From Spirochaetia bacterium (lineage in GTDB: Bacteria; Spirochaetota; Spirochaetia; CADAEX01), in the NCBI GenBank assembly GCA_963662265.2, contig CAXXHA010000021.1, positions 1-26,543 on the forward strand: a stretch of 26,543 bases of DNA, read 5' to 3'. Under the pieces are notes generated by a model. That model ran no database searches. It saw only the letters and a program-made list of their open reading frames with translations, and was not told the DNA's origin. Positions 1 to 9,258 of this stretch are shown here, one piece after another. Position numbers and translations under genes: made by a program. Numbering within the stretch: position 1 is the first letter of the stretch; each line of letters starts with the position of its first letter.

Positions 1-264
1 TTTCCACTTTGCAAGAGAATGTACAATTTCTGCTGTGATTCCCATCCCTTTGGGTTCGAAAGAAACCGGTTTTTCAATTCCGTTGAGGTCATCGTTAAGA
101 CCTGTTCCTTTTTCCAGAAAAAGAGGAGCAGTAACTCTTCTCAGCTTGAGTCTTGCTGAAAGATAAGTCTGGAAAAAAGCCTTGATATCTGCAATTGCTT
201 TTTCTGTCTGTTCGAGTGATAGAGGAGATTTATACCCCTCTGGATAATAGTACTGTGCGCCCAT
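1..264 (-). CDS. asnA: Aspartate--ammonia ligase AsnA, N-terminal 88 codons (runs off the window edge)
   Basis: Not in the ORF track. Manual translation from the ATG at 264 gives MGAQYYYPEGYKSPLSLEQTEKAIADIKAFFQ...RVTAPLFLEKGTGLNDDLNGIEKPVSF...AEIVHSLAKWK; NDDLNG and EIVHSLAKWK are AsnA signatures. Confidence 0.93.
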   Translation of the reverse strand, partial: MGAQYYYPEGYKSPLSLEQTEKAIADIKAFFQTYLSARLKLRRVTAPLFLEKGTGLNDDLNGIEKPVSFEPKGMGITAEIVHSLAKWK

Positions 265-487
265 AATATAATCCTGTATATAATATTGTTTCAGATGCTG
301 TGATTTAATAAACCAGATGATTAATCCCGCATCTGTATAATCAGCCGGGAATAATTCCGGCTGTAATTATTGCTGTAAAAAAGCTTATACCATACATGTT
401 TACCGACTAACAAGTCAAAACACAGCAAAGCTTTCCATATAATAATTTAAACTGCTTATTTATAAAATAAACCTGGAAGCATATATT

Positions 488-1012
488 TTATTTTCTATAA
501 TAATAAAATTCCGCTACGCTGTTTGATTCTTCGAGAAGATTTCCCATATTGTCATAATTCTTTACAAAACATCTGTACAGGGTACCGTCATCCTTGAAGG
601 ATTGTTTTATATATGAGTTGTTTTCTGAATATTCATAGGTTTTATAATTTTTGACTGAACCGTCAGCTCTGTATTCAGTTTCCCGGATTATTCTTCCTTC
701 TGAATCATACTGATAATTTTCATAGCTGTCATAGTTATTATTTTCATCATAGAATTTCTTACCAGTCAGAATATTATTCTCATAAATATAATCAACAGTT
801 TCCTTGATATTATTCTCTTTATCATAATCATATTTTTTTATTCTCAAACCTTCGCTGTTGTATTCATAAACAACTTTTTCATCAAGAATAAATCCTTCGG
901 AAGGAACAGAACCTTCGGATGCCGTATTCGCATCACTTACAGGAGCAGTTGTCAGGCATCCTGTTAACATAACCATTGTTAAAACGGTAAAAGATAATAT
1001 AATTTTTTTCAT
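488..1012 (-). CDS. Predicted lipoprotein with YD/RHS-like Tyr-rich beta-hairpin repeats (174 aa)
   Basis: Start moved to the ATG at 1012: MKKIILSFTVLTMVMLTG-C is a signal peptide II with a lipobox. The body has recurring YxYDxxG/N units (YEYNSEG, YDYDKEN, YQYDSEG, YEYSENN, NYDNMGN). Confidence 0.75.
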   Translation of the reverse strand: MKKIILSFTVLTMVMLTGCLTTAPVSDANTASEGSVPSEGFILDEKVVYEYNSEGLRIKKYDYDKENNIKETVDYIYENNILTGKKFYDENNNYDSYENYQYDSEGRIIRETEYRADGSVKNYKTYEYSENNSYIKQSFKDDGTLYRCFVKNYDNMGNLLEESNSVAEFYYYRK

Positions 1013-1184
1013 GAAAATATAATATATTAAAAATCCTGCTGACTCAATAATTAATCGGCAGGGCATTTTAATATTTTCACATCAGGGATATTCTGTTAAG
1101 AAAGCGACTTCTTCATAGATAGTTTTTTTCACAAAAACTCATGTATATAGACAGGCGATATGATGTTAATTTGTTTGTCGAATG

Positions 1185-2024
1185 TCACAACTCATCAGGC
1201 ACTTCAAGGCATATCCCGCCGAGCTTGCCGTCCCTGAGCTCGGTCAGTATTATCCTTGATGCCTTGTCAGTATCGACAATTCCCCCTTTTACAAGGCATC
1301 CCCGCTTCCTTCCGATTATATTCAGAAGCTCATCGGCAGGTTTTGAGATATCATCATCCTTGAGCTTATATCTTTCGGAAATCCTTTCAGGGTAAAATTT
1401 CACCATTATCTCAATACCCTTCATGGCAATATCCTCCCTGAAGAGAATTGCATCATTTATGCTTCCGAGAATGGCAAGCTTTTCACCAACCGCCTGGTCC
1501 TCAAACTTGTGCCACAGAACACCGGGAGTATCAACAAGGTGGAGCCGGTCTGTAAGCTTTATTTTCTGCACATTTCTTGTAACACCAGGCCTGTTGCTTA
1601 CATCCTGCTTCCTTTTCCCTGCAAGATAATTGATAATCGCTGATTTCCCCACATTTGGCACACCGATTATCATTACCCGGACAGCCCGCTTTCCGAACCA
1701 CTCCTCTTCAGCGCAGAGTTTCCTGCTTTTTTCTATGATGCCGTTGATATTCTTGCCTGTTACCGCAGAAACCTGAACAGCCTCCTTGTTCTCCCCGTTA
1801 AAATAATCAACCCACTTCTTCATGACAGCCGGATCGCCAAGGTCTGATTTATTGAGAACAACGACTGAAGGTTTTTCCGCCACAATCTCCTCAATCATGG
1901 GGTTCCTGCTGGCATTGGGAATTCGGGCATCAAGTATTTCAATTACAACATCAGTTTTTTTCAGGCTTTCCTTAATCTGCTTGAAAGCCTTTGTCATATG
2001 TCCGGGGAACCACTGTATAGGCAT
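1185..2024 (-). CDS. rbgA: Ribosome biogenesis GTPase RbgA/YlqF
   Basis: IQWFPGHM N-terminus, DARIP, and circularly permuted G4 NKSD / G1 GVPNVGKS / G3 DTPG. The ATG at 2024 is preferred because GGAG (2031-2034) precedes it. Confidence 0.95.
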   Translation of the reverse strand: MPIQWFPGHMTKAFKQIKESLKKTDVVIEILDARIPNASRNPMIEEIVAEKPSVVVLNKSDLGDPAVMKKWVDYFNGENKEAVQVSAVTGKNINGIIEKSRKLCAEEEWFGKRAVRVMIIGVPNVGKSAIINYLAGKRKQDVSNRPGVTRNVQKIKLTDRLHLVDTPGVLWHKFEDQAVGEKLAILGSINDAILFREDIAMKGIEIMVKFYPERISERYKLKDDDISKPADELLNIIGRKRGCLVKGGIVDTDKASRIILTELRDGKLGGICLEVPDEL

Positions 2025-2097
2025 TTTAATCTCCAATAATTATTCAGTTATATTATAATCTGCTGTATTCTGCTGCTTATGAAAAAACGGGAAATAA

Positions 2098-2943
2098 CTA
2101 TGCAAGCTTGATTAAAACCAGACCGGCAAAAACAAATGCCACTCCCAAAATCTTTTTCATTGTTATTTTTTCTTTCAGAAATATAAACCCGAAAAAAGTT
2201 CCAATCACAAGAGAAAACTCCCTCACCGCGGAAACATAACCTGCTCTTTCAAGTGTAAAAGCATAAAGAATTATCAGATATGTACCAAGTGCTCCGAAAC
2301 CGATTAAAAGAGAATATTTCCAGTTTTTCCTCAATGTTTCACTTATATTCTCTGTACCCGGCTTAAATAAAAACAGGCTCATAATTGAGATAGCAAGCAG
2401 GTCTTTTAAATTTATATATACTACAGGATTCGCAAATGATACACCAACCTTATCATTAACAGAATAGATGATAATTGAAATACCAACAAGAACAGCATAG
2501 TAAAGAGCCTTTAAATCTGCTTTTTTTATCTTCCTGTTTAAGGAAATAACCACAACGCCTGTAATTATTAAAAGTATTCCTGACCAGCCTGTCAAACTTA
2601 TATCTTCACCAAGACAGAAATAAGCACAGACAGATGTTCCGGCAACACCGCAGCCCCGAGCAACAGGATATACAGTTGATATATCACCTGCCCTGTAACC
2701 TTTTAAAAGGCTCCAGTAATAAAGAATATGGGCAAATGAAGTTATTATCATAAAAAACACAGCATGATAATCCAGACCGTTCCTGGCCAGGATAAACAGA
2801 GAAAAAGGGAGAAGTACAAGGTTACTTACCCAGAGCCCTGAAACAATAATCTTAAGATTTCCGGAAGCTTTTTTACTGAAGAAATTCCACGAAGCATGGG
2901 TGAACGCCGCAAACAGTACAAGAATAAAAACATATAAATTCAT
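2098..2943 (-). CDS. EamA/DMT-superfamily membrane transporter
   Basis: 281 aa with about 10 hydrophobic helices in two repeats; HASWN, GDISTVYPVARG, SAVRE and FLKE motifs. Confidence 0.88.
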   Translation of the reverse strand: MNLYVFILVLFAAFTHASWNFFSKKASGNLKIIVSGLWVSNLVLLPFSLFILARNGLDYHAVFFMIITSFAHILYYWSLLKGYRAGDISTVYPVARGCGVAGTSVCAYFCLGEDISLTGWSGILLIITGVVVISLNRKIKKADLKALYYAVLVGISIIIYSVNDKVGVSFANPVVYINLKDLLAISIMSLFLFKPGTENISETLRKNWKYSLLIGFGALGTYLIILYAFTLERAGYVSAVREFSLVIGTFFGFIFLKEKITMKKILGVAFVFAGLVLIKLA

Positions 2944-3078
2944 AATCAGTAATCCCTGTGTAATTATTATAAGATCATTGTTGCTGTTAAGCGTATACTA
3001 TCCCTTTTTCTGCATGTGAACAATAATTATCGATAGTAAAGACAAGAAGGCAAGCCTTATCAGGCCCGGCCTGCGAAT

Positions 3079-3115
3079 AAAAAAAAGGCAATACCCGGTA
3101 AAAGATATTGCCCTT
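3079..3115 (-). terminator. Intrinsic terminator of glnS
   Basis: Minus strand reads AAGGGCAATATC-TTTTACC-GGGTATTGCC followed by T8, about 20 nt after the glnS stop. Confidence 0.8.
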
Positions 3116-3134
3116 AAATTATATAATTCAGAAA

Positions 3135-4805
3135 TTACTTCTTTGACTTCTTGTTCCAGGAATCCTTCAGAGTAACTGTCCTGTTGAAAATAATTTTTTC
3201 CTCTGTGGAATCCTTATCAACACAGAAATATCCCTGCCGCAGGAACTGAAAACCTTCTCCGGCTGATGCCTCCTTGAGTGAAGGCTCCGCATATGCTTTT
3301 TCAATAACAGTAAGAGAATCAGGATTGAGAGCATCCACAAAATCTCCGTCCTCTTCAGGATTTTCCTTTGTAAAGAGTGTGCTATACATCCTCACCTCTA
3401 TTTCCTCTGCGTGTGTAGCTGATACCCAGTGGGAAGTTCCCTTAACCTTTCTTCCGTCATCTGTCCATCCCCCCCTGCTTGCAGGGTCATATGTACAGTG
3501 AACAAGTGTAACTTCCCCGTTCTCATCAGTCTCATAATCTGTACATGTCACATAGTAGCCGTGCTTGAGCCGGATCTCCTTGCCGGGAGAAAGCCTGAAA
3601 TATTTCTTGGGCGGATCAATCATGAAGTCGTCTTTTTCTATGTAAAGCTCTTTAGTGAATGGAATTTTTCTTGAACCTGATTCAGGATCCTCGGGATTGT
3701 TTTCCCCGTCCATCCATTCAATCTGGTCTTCAGGATAGTTGTCAATTACAACCTTGAGAGGATCAAGAACAACCATTCTCCTTATTGCTTTCTTGTTTAA
3801 ATCTTCCCTCACACAGTATTCAAGAAGCGCGTAATCTACAAAACTGTCAGTCTTTGCAACACCTATTCGGGAAGAAAATTCCCTTATTGATTCAGGTGTG
3901 TAACCCCGCCTTCTCAAGCCCGATATAGTGGGCATCCTGGGGTCATCCCAGCCGGAAACATACCCCTCTTTAACAAGCCTCAAAAGCTTACGCTTACTCA
4001 TAACCACATAGCTCAGGTTAAGACGTGCAAATTCTATCTGCTGAGGATGATGAAGCTCAGGAAGCTGGTCAAGGTACCAGTCATAAAGCGGTCTGTGGGC
4101 CTCAAATTCAAGAGTACAGACAGAATGTGTTATTCCTTCAATTGAATCCTCAAGCCCGTGCGCCCAGTCATACATCGGGTATATACACCACTTATCACCC
4201 TGTCTTGGATGATGAGATCTTACAATCCTGTACATGACAGGGTCTCTCATATTGATGTTTCCCGATGCAAGATCAATCTTTGCCCTTAAAGTCTTTGAAC
4301 CATCTTCAAATTCCCCGTTTTTCATCTTTTCAAACAGTTCAAGGTTTTCCTCGATACTCCTGTTTCTGTAGGGACTTTCCTTTCCGGGTTCTGTAAGTGT
4401 CCCCCTGTACTGCCTGATTTCCTCTGCTGTAAGATCATCAACATAGGCTTTGTCTTTCCTGATAAGCTCAACAGCCAGTTCATACATTTTTTCAAAATAG
4501 TCGGAAGCATAGTAAAGATGATCCTCCCAGTTGAATCCAAGCCATCTAACATCTTCTTCTATTGATTCTATGTATTCTATATCCTCTTTGACAGGATTTG
4601 TATCATCAAACCTCAGGTGAGTTCTTCCGCCGTACTGTGAAGCAAGTGAAAAGTTAAGGCAAATAGACTTTGCATGCCCTATATGAAGATAGCCGTTAGG
4701 TTCGGGGGGAAACCTGGTTATTACTTTTCCTCCGTTTTTACCGTTCGCTATATCTTCTTCAATAATTTTCTGAATAAAATTTTTAATAATTTTTGTGTCG
4801 TCCAT
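3135..4805 (-). CDS. glnS: Glutamine--tRNA ligase
   Basis: [17 protein letters not shown] (HIGH), RFDDTNP, MSKRK and GWDDPRMPT motifs, plus a C-terminal beta-barrel region ([18 protein letters not shown]). Confidence 0.96.
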   Translation of the reverse strand: MDDTKIIKNFIQKIIEEDIANGKNGGKVITRFPPEPNGYLHIGHAKSICLNFSLASQYGGRTHLRFDDTNPVKEDIEYIESIEEDVRWLGFNWEDHLYYASDYFEKMYELAVELIRKDKAYVDDLTAEEIRQYRGTLTEPGKESPYRNRSIEENLELFEKMKNGEFEDGSKTLRAKIDLASGNINMRDPVMYRIVRSHHPRQGDKWCIYPMYDWAHGLEDSIEGITHSVCTLEFEAHRPLYDWYLDQLPELHHPQQIEFARLNLSYVVMSKRKLLRLVKEGYVSGWDDPRMPTISGLRRRGYTPESIREFSSRIGVAKTDSFVDYALLEYCVREDLNKKAIRRMVVLDPLKVVIDNYPEDQIEWMDGENNPEDPESGSRKIPFTKELYIEKDDFMIDPPKKYFRLSPGKEIRLKHGYYVTCTDYETDENGEVTLVHCTYDPASRGGWTDDGRKVKGTSHWVSATHAEEIEVRMYSTLFTKENPEEDGDFVDALNPDSLTVIEKAYAEPSLKEASAGEGFQFLRQGYFCVDKDSTEEKIIFNRTVTLKDSWNKKSKK

Positions 4806-5030
4806 AAAAACTGAATGTCCTCTGATACTGTGATTTTATTACAGGGATTATTATCCCATATTCAGATTAAAAAAATCCATATTTACTGAAATTTATTACT
4901 GATTAACCAATGCCATTCTGTAATACGGGCAGATGCATTATTGGATAATAACTCATAAAATATCATTTTATAAAATGAAAAACTATTCACATCTGTACAC
5001 AAACAACGCACTATACAGATGTAAAGTATA

Positions 5031-5933
5031 TTACTTGACTATTATATCAAAAATTCTTTCAAGATCATCTCTTGAAAAATATGTAATCTCTATTTTTCCT
5101 TTTGCAAGATTTCCCTTCAGATTTACCTTTGTTCCAAGCGCATCGATAAATCTCTGCTCAACATCCATGACATCAGGATTCTTCTTCTTTAGAAGAGTAT
5201 CGTCTTTCCTTACAGAGTCAGAATTTTTTCTTATCCCCTTGTTGAGATCTGTAGACTGTTTTTCACTTTCACGGACAGAAAGCCCGCCGGAAATTATTCT
5301 GTTAAAAAGAATTCTCTGGTCTGCAGGATTAACAACAGAAAGGATGCTTCTTGCATGTCCGGCTGAAATTTCAGAATTGTTAAGAGCATTCTGCATATCT
5401 TCAGGAAGTTTAAGAAGCCTGAGGCTGTTTGCAATTGTGGAACGCTTTTTACCGAGTTTCTTGGATAAAGCATCCTGGCTTAGATTGTAATTGTTAATCA
5501 GCTGCTGGTATGCTTTTGCCTCTTCTATCGGGGAGAGATCCTCTCTCTGAATATTTTCAATCAGAGCTATCTCATACTTTTCCTCTTCGGAAAAATTCTT
5601 CTCTATAACCGGAATCCTGCTTAGCCCGGCAAGCTTTGAAGCACGGTACCGTCTTTCCCCTGCTACTATTTCATATTTGCCGTTTTTCTTTTCAACAATT
5701 ACCGGCTGTATTATACCTATCTCTTTTATGGAATCCGCAAGTTCCTGTAAAGCTTCCTCTTTAAACTCTTTTCTGGGCTGGTCAGGATTGGGAACAATCA
5801 TGGAAATATCAAGAAAGCTTTCAACAATTGTTTCGCTATTATCTCCATTATCTCCATTTACAAATATATCAAGATCATCTCCGCCCGGACCTAACAGAGC
5901 ATCGAGTCCCTTACCAAGTGCTTGCTTAGACAC
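5031..5933 (-). CDS. parB: Chromosome partitioning CTPase ParB/Spo0J
   Basis: LGKGLDAL ParA-activating peptide, PNPDQPRK, GERRYRA arginine patch, ENIQREDL and HTH RSTIANSLRLL. GTG start overlaps the parA stop by 8 nt. Confidence 0.96.
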   Translation of the reverse strand: MSKQALGKGLDALLGPGGDDLDIFVNGDNGDNSETIVESFLDISMIVPNPDQPRKEFKEEALQELADSIKEIGIIQPVIVEKKNGKYEIVAGERRYRASKLAGLSRIPVIEKNFSEEEKYEIALIENIQREDLSPIEEAKAYQQLINNYNLSQDALSKKLGKKRSTIANSLRLLKLPEDMQNALNNSEISAGHARSILSVVNPADQRILFNRIISGGLSVRESEKQSTDLNKGIRKNSDSVRKDDTLLKKKNPDVMDVEQRFIDALGTKVNLKGNLAKGKIEITYFSRDDLERIFDIIVK

Positions 5934-6681
5934 GATCTAAAACCTCTTCTGAAAGTTTTTTATAGCTTCTTGCTCCGCGGCTGTCCCCTTTATAACAGCT
6001 TATAGGTTTTGAATGGGACGGAGCCTCAGATAATGCTATGTTTCGGGGAATTATCGTTCTGAAGACTTTTTTACCAAAGTATGCTGTAACATTTTTTACA
6101 ACTTCGTTTGCCAGATTTGTCCTGGAATCATACATTGTGAATACTATTCCGCCGATTCTCAGATTTCTATTAATTTCCTTCTGAAGGTTCTTAACAGTCT
6201 GTATCAGCAGAGTAAGACCCTCAAGCGCAAAATATTCACACTGTAGCGGAATAATAACATAATCAGCGGCAGCCAGCCCATTAAGCGTAAGAACACCCAG
6301 AGAAGGGGGGCTGTCTATAAAAATATAATCCCATTCATCAATAATTTCTGACAGTGCATTTTTCAGGAAAAATTCTTTTCCATCAAGATTAATCAGTTCT
6401 ACATTTGCCCCGGTCAAATTTATATTTGCGGAAACGGCATACAGATTTTCTACCCCGGTATTCTGAATAACAGATTTTATACTAGCCCTTCCTGAAAGGA
6501 CTTCATAAATACCTTCTGCAGTTTTATCAATACCTACACTTGAAGACATATTTCCCTGGGGATCAAAGTCGATAAGAAGAACTTTTCTGCCTGCTTCAGC
6601 AATATACGCTCCAAGACTCACAGCGGTAGTGGTTTTTCCCACACCGCCTTTCTGATTGGCGAATACAATAATTTTTCCCAT
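5926..6681 (-). CDS. parA: Chromosome partitioning ATPase ParA/Soj
   Basis: Deviant Walker A NQKGGVGKTT, DFDPQGN, DSPPSLG, QCEYFALEG, LSEAPS. Confidence 0.96.
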   Translation of the reverse strand: MGKIIVFANQKGGVGKTTTAVSLGAYIAEAGRKVLLIDFDPQGNMSSSVGIDKTAEGIYEVLSGRASIKSVIQNTGVENLYAVSANINLTGANVELINLDGKEFFLKNALSEIIDEWDYIFIDSPPSLGVLTLNGLAAADYVIIPLQCEYFALEGLTLLIQTVKNLQKEINRNLRIGGIVFTMYDSRTNLANEVVKNVTAYFGKKVFRTIIPRNIALSEAPSHSKPISCYKGDSRGARSYKKLSEEVLDRV

Positions 6682-6735
6682 TTGAAAAATATTATACAGT
6701 AATTTTATTTGTTTGTCTTTAACAATAAAAGCAAC

Positions 6736-6763
6736 TTGACTATTATTATCTTTGTAGTATCTT
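6736..6763 (+). promoter_or_regulatory. Putative sigma70 promoter for nfu
   Basis: TTGACT-16 nt-TATCTT, divergent from parA. Confidence 0.4.
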
Positions 6764-7003
6764 TTACATAAATAAATTATACTGATTCCATATAATTTAA
6801 TTTTATTCGGAATCTATGAATATTTTAATTTGATGATTTAAAAACTTATCTGCCGGAAATACAGATAAATATTTATACAGACTTAATTTATTATAACTGA
6901 CTGTATTATTCCGGTATAAAAAATGTCTGAAGCAGCGGTTTGCTGCATTAACCCGGGAAGCTGTAAAAAACAGAATCCGGAAAACAATATTTTGGAGAAA
7001 TAA

Positions 7004-7228
7004 ATGCTTAAAGAAAAGGTAGAAGCAGCTATCCAGGATGTGAGACCTGGTTTACAGGCTGACGGCGGAGATATTGAACTAGTAAGTGTTGATGAGAACG
7101 GAAAAGTTCTTGTTAAACTCAAAGGTGCATGCAACGGATGTCCAATGGCACAGATGACACTTAAACAGGGTGTTGAGAAGTATCTTAAAAGTAAAATTCC
7201 TGAAGTATCAACTGTCGAATCTGTATAA
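7004..7228 (+). CDS. NifU C-terminal-domain (Nfu-type) Fe-S carrier protein
   Basis: VRPGLQADGGDIEL...GACNGCP (CxxC); GGAG RBS upstream. Confidence 0.92.
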   Translation: MLKEKVEAAIQDVRPGLQADGGDIELVSVDENGKVLVKLKGACNGCPMAQMTLKQGVEKYLKSKIPEVSTVESV

Positions 7229-7311
7229 ACAAACTTTTTACAGCGTTCTTTTTGAATAATTTGTATTCACAATTTATTCAAAAGGCTTAACCTGTAGCAG
7301 TTAATATCCTG

Positions 7312-7346
7312 ATAAACCGCCATTAACAGGCGGTTTATTTATTTTT
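7312..7346 (+). terminator. Intrinsic terminator after nfu
   Basis: ATAAACCGCC (7312-7321) pairs with GGCGGTTTAT (7329-7338), followed by TTATTTTT. Confidence 0.75.
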
Positions 7347-7617
7347 GGAGAAATTAGAGATTTAAAACAATATAAATATATTTCAAAAACATGAAAAACA
7401 AATCCACCCGAGGCTGCAAAAGGTATCCTAATATTATCCCTCTTATAACCGGGAAAAAAACATATCATCAGAGAGTTAAGCACTTCCTGTAAATAAAATC
7501 AGGTTTAATATAATTAATATAAAATTTATAACGCAATATGCCGTTAATATAGATAGTTTATTTTTAATTTACTTTTCAGTAACTATATGGTTAAATATTA
7601 TAAACACAGAGTACTAT

Positions 7618-8667
7618 ATGAATAAAAAACTTAAGTTGACAACAGAACAAAGCAATTTTCAGAAATTGCTTTATAAATTACCGAAAACTGAAATACATCT
7701 CCATATAGAGGGAATAGCATCAGTTAATACAATATGGTCTCTGATGAAAAAAAATAAATTGTCCCATCCGGAAATAAAAAACAAAAAAGACCTTGAAGAG
7801 AAATTCAATGTTGCAAATCTTGATGAATTTATCGATCTTTTTATAAATGTAATTCAGACAAGCTTTACAGAAGAGGATGATATAAAACATCTCATAGATG
7901 ATGCTGCAAATTATCTTGAAGAAAACAATATTGTTTATGCAGAACTTTTCTTTGCACCTTCAAAATTTGTTTCAATGGGGTTTGATTTCGGTAAAATCAT
8001 TAAAATACTGGAAACCGGCGCTGAAAAAATTAAAAGTAAATATAACAGGGAAATAAGATTTCTTATTGATCTTTCAAGAACATTCGGACCTGAGAATGCA
8101 ATGAATAACCTGGATCTAACTATAAAACACAAATCACCATATATTATAGGTATAGGTCTTGGCGGAGCAGAAAGCAAAGGTCCTGCTGAGGATTATCAGG
8201 AAGTTTTTGAAAAAGCGATAAAACACGGCTTTCATGTAGTGGCCCATGCGGGAGAAGATGTAGGACCGGAATCTGTATGGAATACAATTAAATATCTCAA
8301 AGCAGAAAGAATTGGTCATGGAATTAGTTCAATATATGACGAAAAACTTATGCAGCACCTTGCAGAGAAGCAGACAGCACTTGAAATCTGCCCTACAAGC
8401 AATCTTTTTACGAAAAAATATGTACATAAAATTGAAGAACACCCTGTTAAGGAATTTTTCAACAGAAAAATGAATGTCACTATAAATACAGATGATCCAA
8501 CACTTTTTTCAGTCAACCTTATTGAAGAATACATGAACCTGTACACTCATAATATTTTTACTGAAAAAGAAATAATAACACTTATAAAAAACAATATTTA
8601 TTCATCATTTCTTCCTGAAACCAGAAAAAATGAAATATGGAATGATTGTCTGGAAATATTGAAGTAA
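7618..8667 (+). CDS. add: Adenosine (or adenine) deaminase
   Basis: LPKTEIHLHIEG, HAGE, RIGHG, EICPTSN and NTDDP metal/catalytic motifs. The exact substrate cannot be determined from motifs alone. Confidence 0.9.
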   Translation: MNKKLKLTTEQSNFQKLLYKLPKTEIHLHIEGIASVNTIWSLMKKNKLSHPEIKNKKDLEEKFNVANLDEFIDLFINVIQTSFTEEDDIKHLIDDAANYLEENNIVYAELFFAPSKFVSMGFDFGKIIKILETGAEKIKSKYNREIRFLIDLSRTFGPENAMNNLDLTIKHKSPYIIGIGLGGAESKGPAEDYQEVFEKAIKHGFHVVAHAGEDVGPESVWNTIKYLKAERIGHGISSIYDEKLMQHLAEKQTALEICPTSNLFTKKYVHKIEEHPVKEFFNRKMNVTINTDDPTLFSVNLIEEYMNLYTHNIFTEKEIITLIKNNIYSSFLPETRKNEIWNDCLEILK

Positions 8668-8897
8668 ATAAACCTTTATTCATCTTTACAATATTAAATT
8701 CCCCCACAGATTTATTAAATAATTTATCAATTAAAATACATGTTGAAGTAAAAAAGTTTGAAGAGATAATTATTTAAACATAATTCCTGATTATTCCCGA
8801 ATATCCCAAATTTTTAAAACATTTATTATATACATTACAGAAACATTTCTATTTACAATGAATTAAGCAGCGAAAAAATATATCTGAAAATAAGGAA

Positions 8898-8913
8898 TGT
8901 TTCACGTGAAACA
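8898..8913. promoter_or_regulatory. parS: parS site 1
   Basis: Perfect TGTTTCACGTGAAACA consensus palindrome, near parAB and oriC. Confidence 0.95.
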
Positions 8914-9003
8914 AATATATCAATCATTAATAATAAAGAATTAGATTTCTCCTGTAAATTACCCTGATTATTATACTGTTTTATATATTATGGTATTCAA
9001 AAT

Positions 9004-9019
9004 TGTTTCACGTGAAACA
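9004..9019. promoter_or_regulatory. parS: parS site 2
   Basis: Perfect TGTTTCACGTGAAACA. Confidence 0.95.
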
Positions 9020-9197
9020 TTCTTAAGAAGAATATTCTGATATAATGTTTATTTTCCATCAATATTTATAGACTCAGAACTACTTAAAAAGCATATAAAA
9101 TAATTTCTTTTGATTTTTCAGAAATACTTGTTAATTAATTCATATTATTTACTTATTATTCTTCATTTAATATCAACTTATATTCTATACAGGACAT

Positions 9198-9231
9198 AAA
9201 AAAACAGATTGTTTCACGTGAAACAATCTGT
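9198..9231 (-). terminator. Probable intrinsic terminator of gyrBA, built on parS site 3
   Basis: Minus strand reads CAGATTGTTTC-ACGT-GAAACAATCTG followed by T7, starting about 28 nt after the gyrA stop. Confidence 0.7.
9210..9225. promoter_or_regulatory. parS: parS site 3 (centre of a 28-bp perfect palindrome, 9204-9231)
   Basis: Perfect TGTTTCACGTGAAACA with flanks ACAGAT and ATCTGT. Confidence 0.95.
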
Positions 9232-9258
9232 CCTGTTAAAAATCTTAATAATTATATA

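Noticed and set aside
4806-5030. T-box leader for glnS (also considered for asnA)
   Set aside because: No GGTGGNACCGCG-type T-box sequence or terminator/antiterminator pair.
1141-5940. Antisense or overlapping ORFs within rbgA, glnS and parB
   Set aside because: They lie on or opposite well-supported genes, and their composition is typical of reverse-frame artefacts.
7301-7483. 60-aa minus-strand ORF between nfu and add (also 6883-7134)
   Set aside because: Runs through a terminator or overlaps nfu; no RBS or motif.
7347-7617. Purine riboswitch upstream of add
   Set aside because: A TATAA...AATATG fragment is present, but the conserved UUUCUACC core and the P3 helix are absent.
8898-9225. 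CRISPR-like array from three identical palindromes
   Set aside because: The repeats are the 16-bp parS consensus with unequal 90- and 190-bp gaps, and there are no cas genes.
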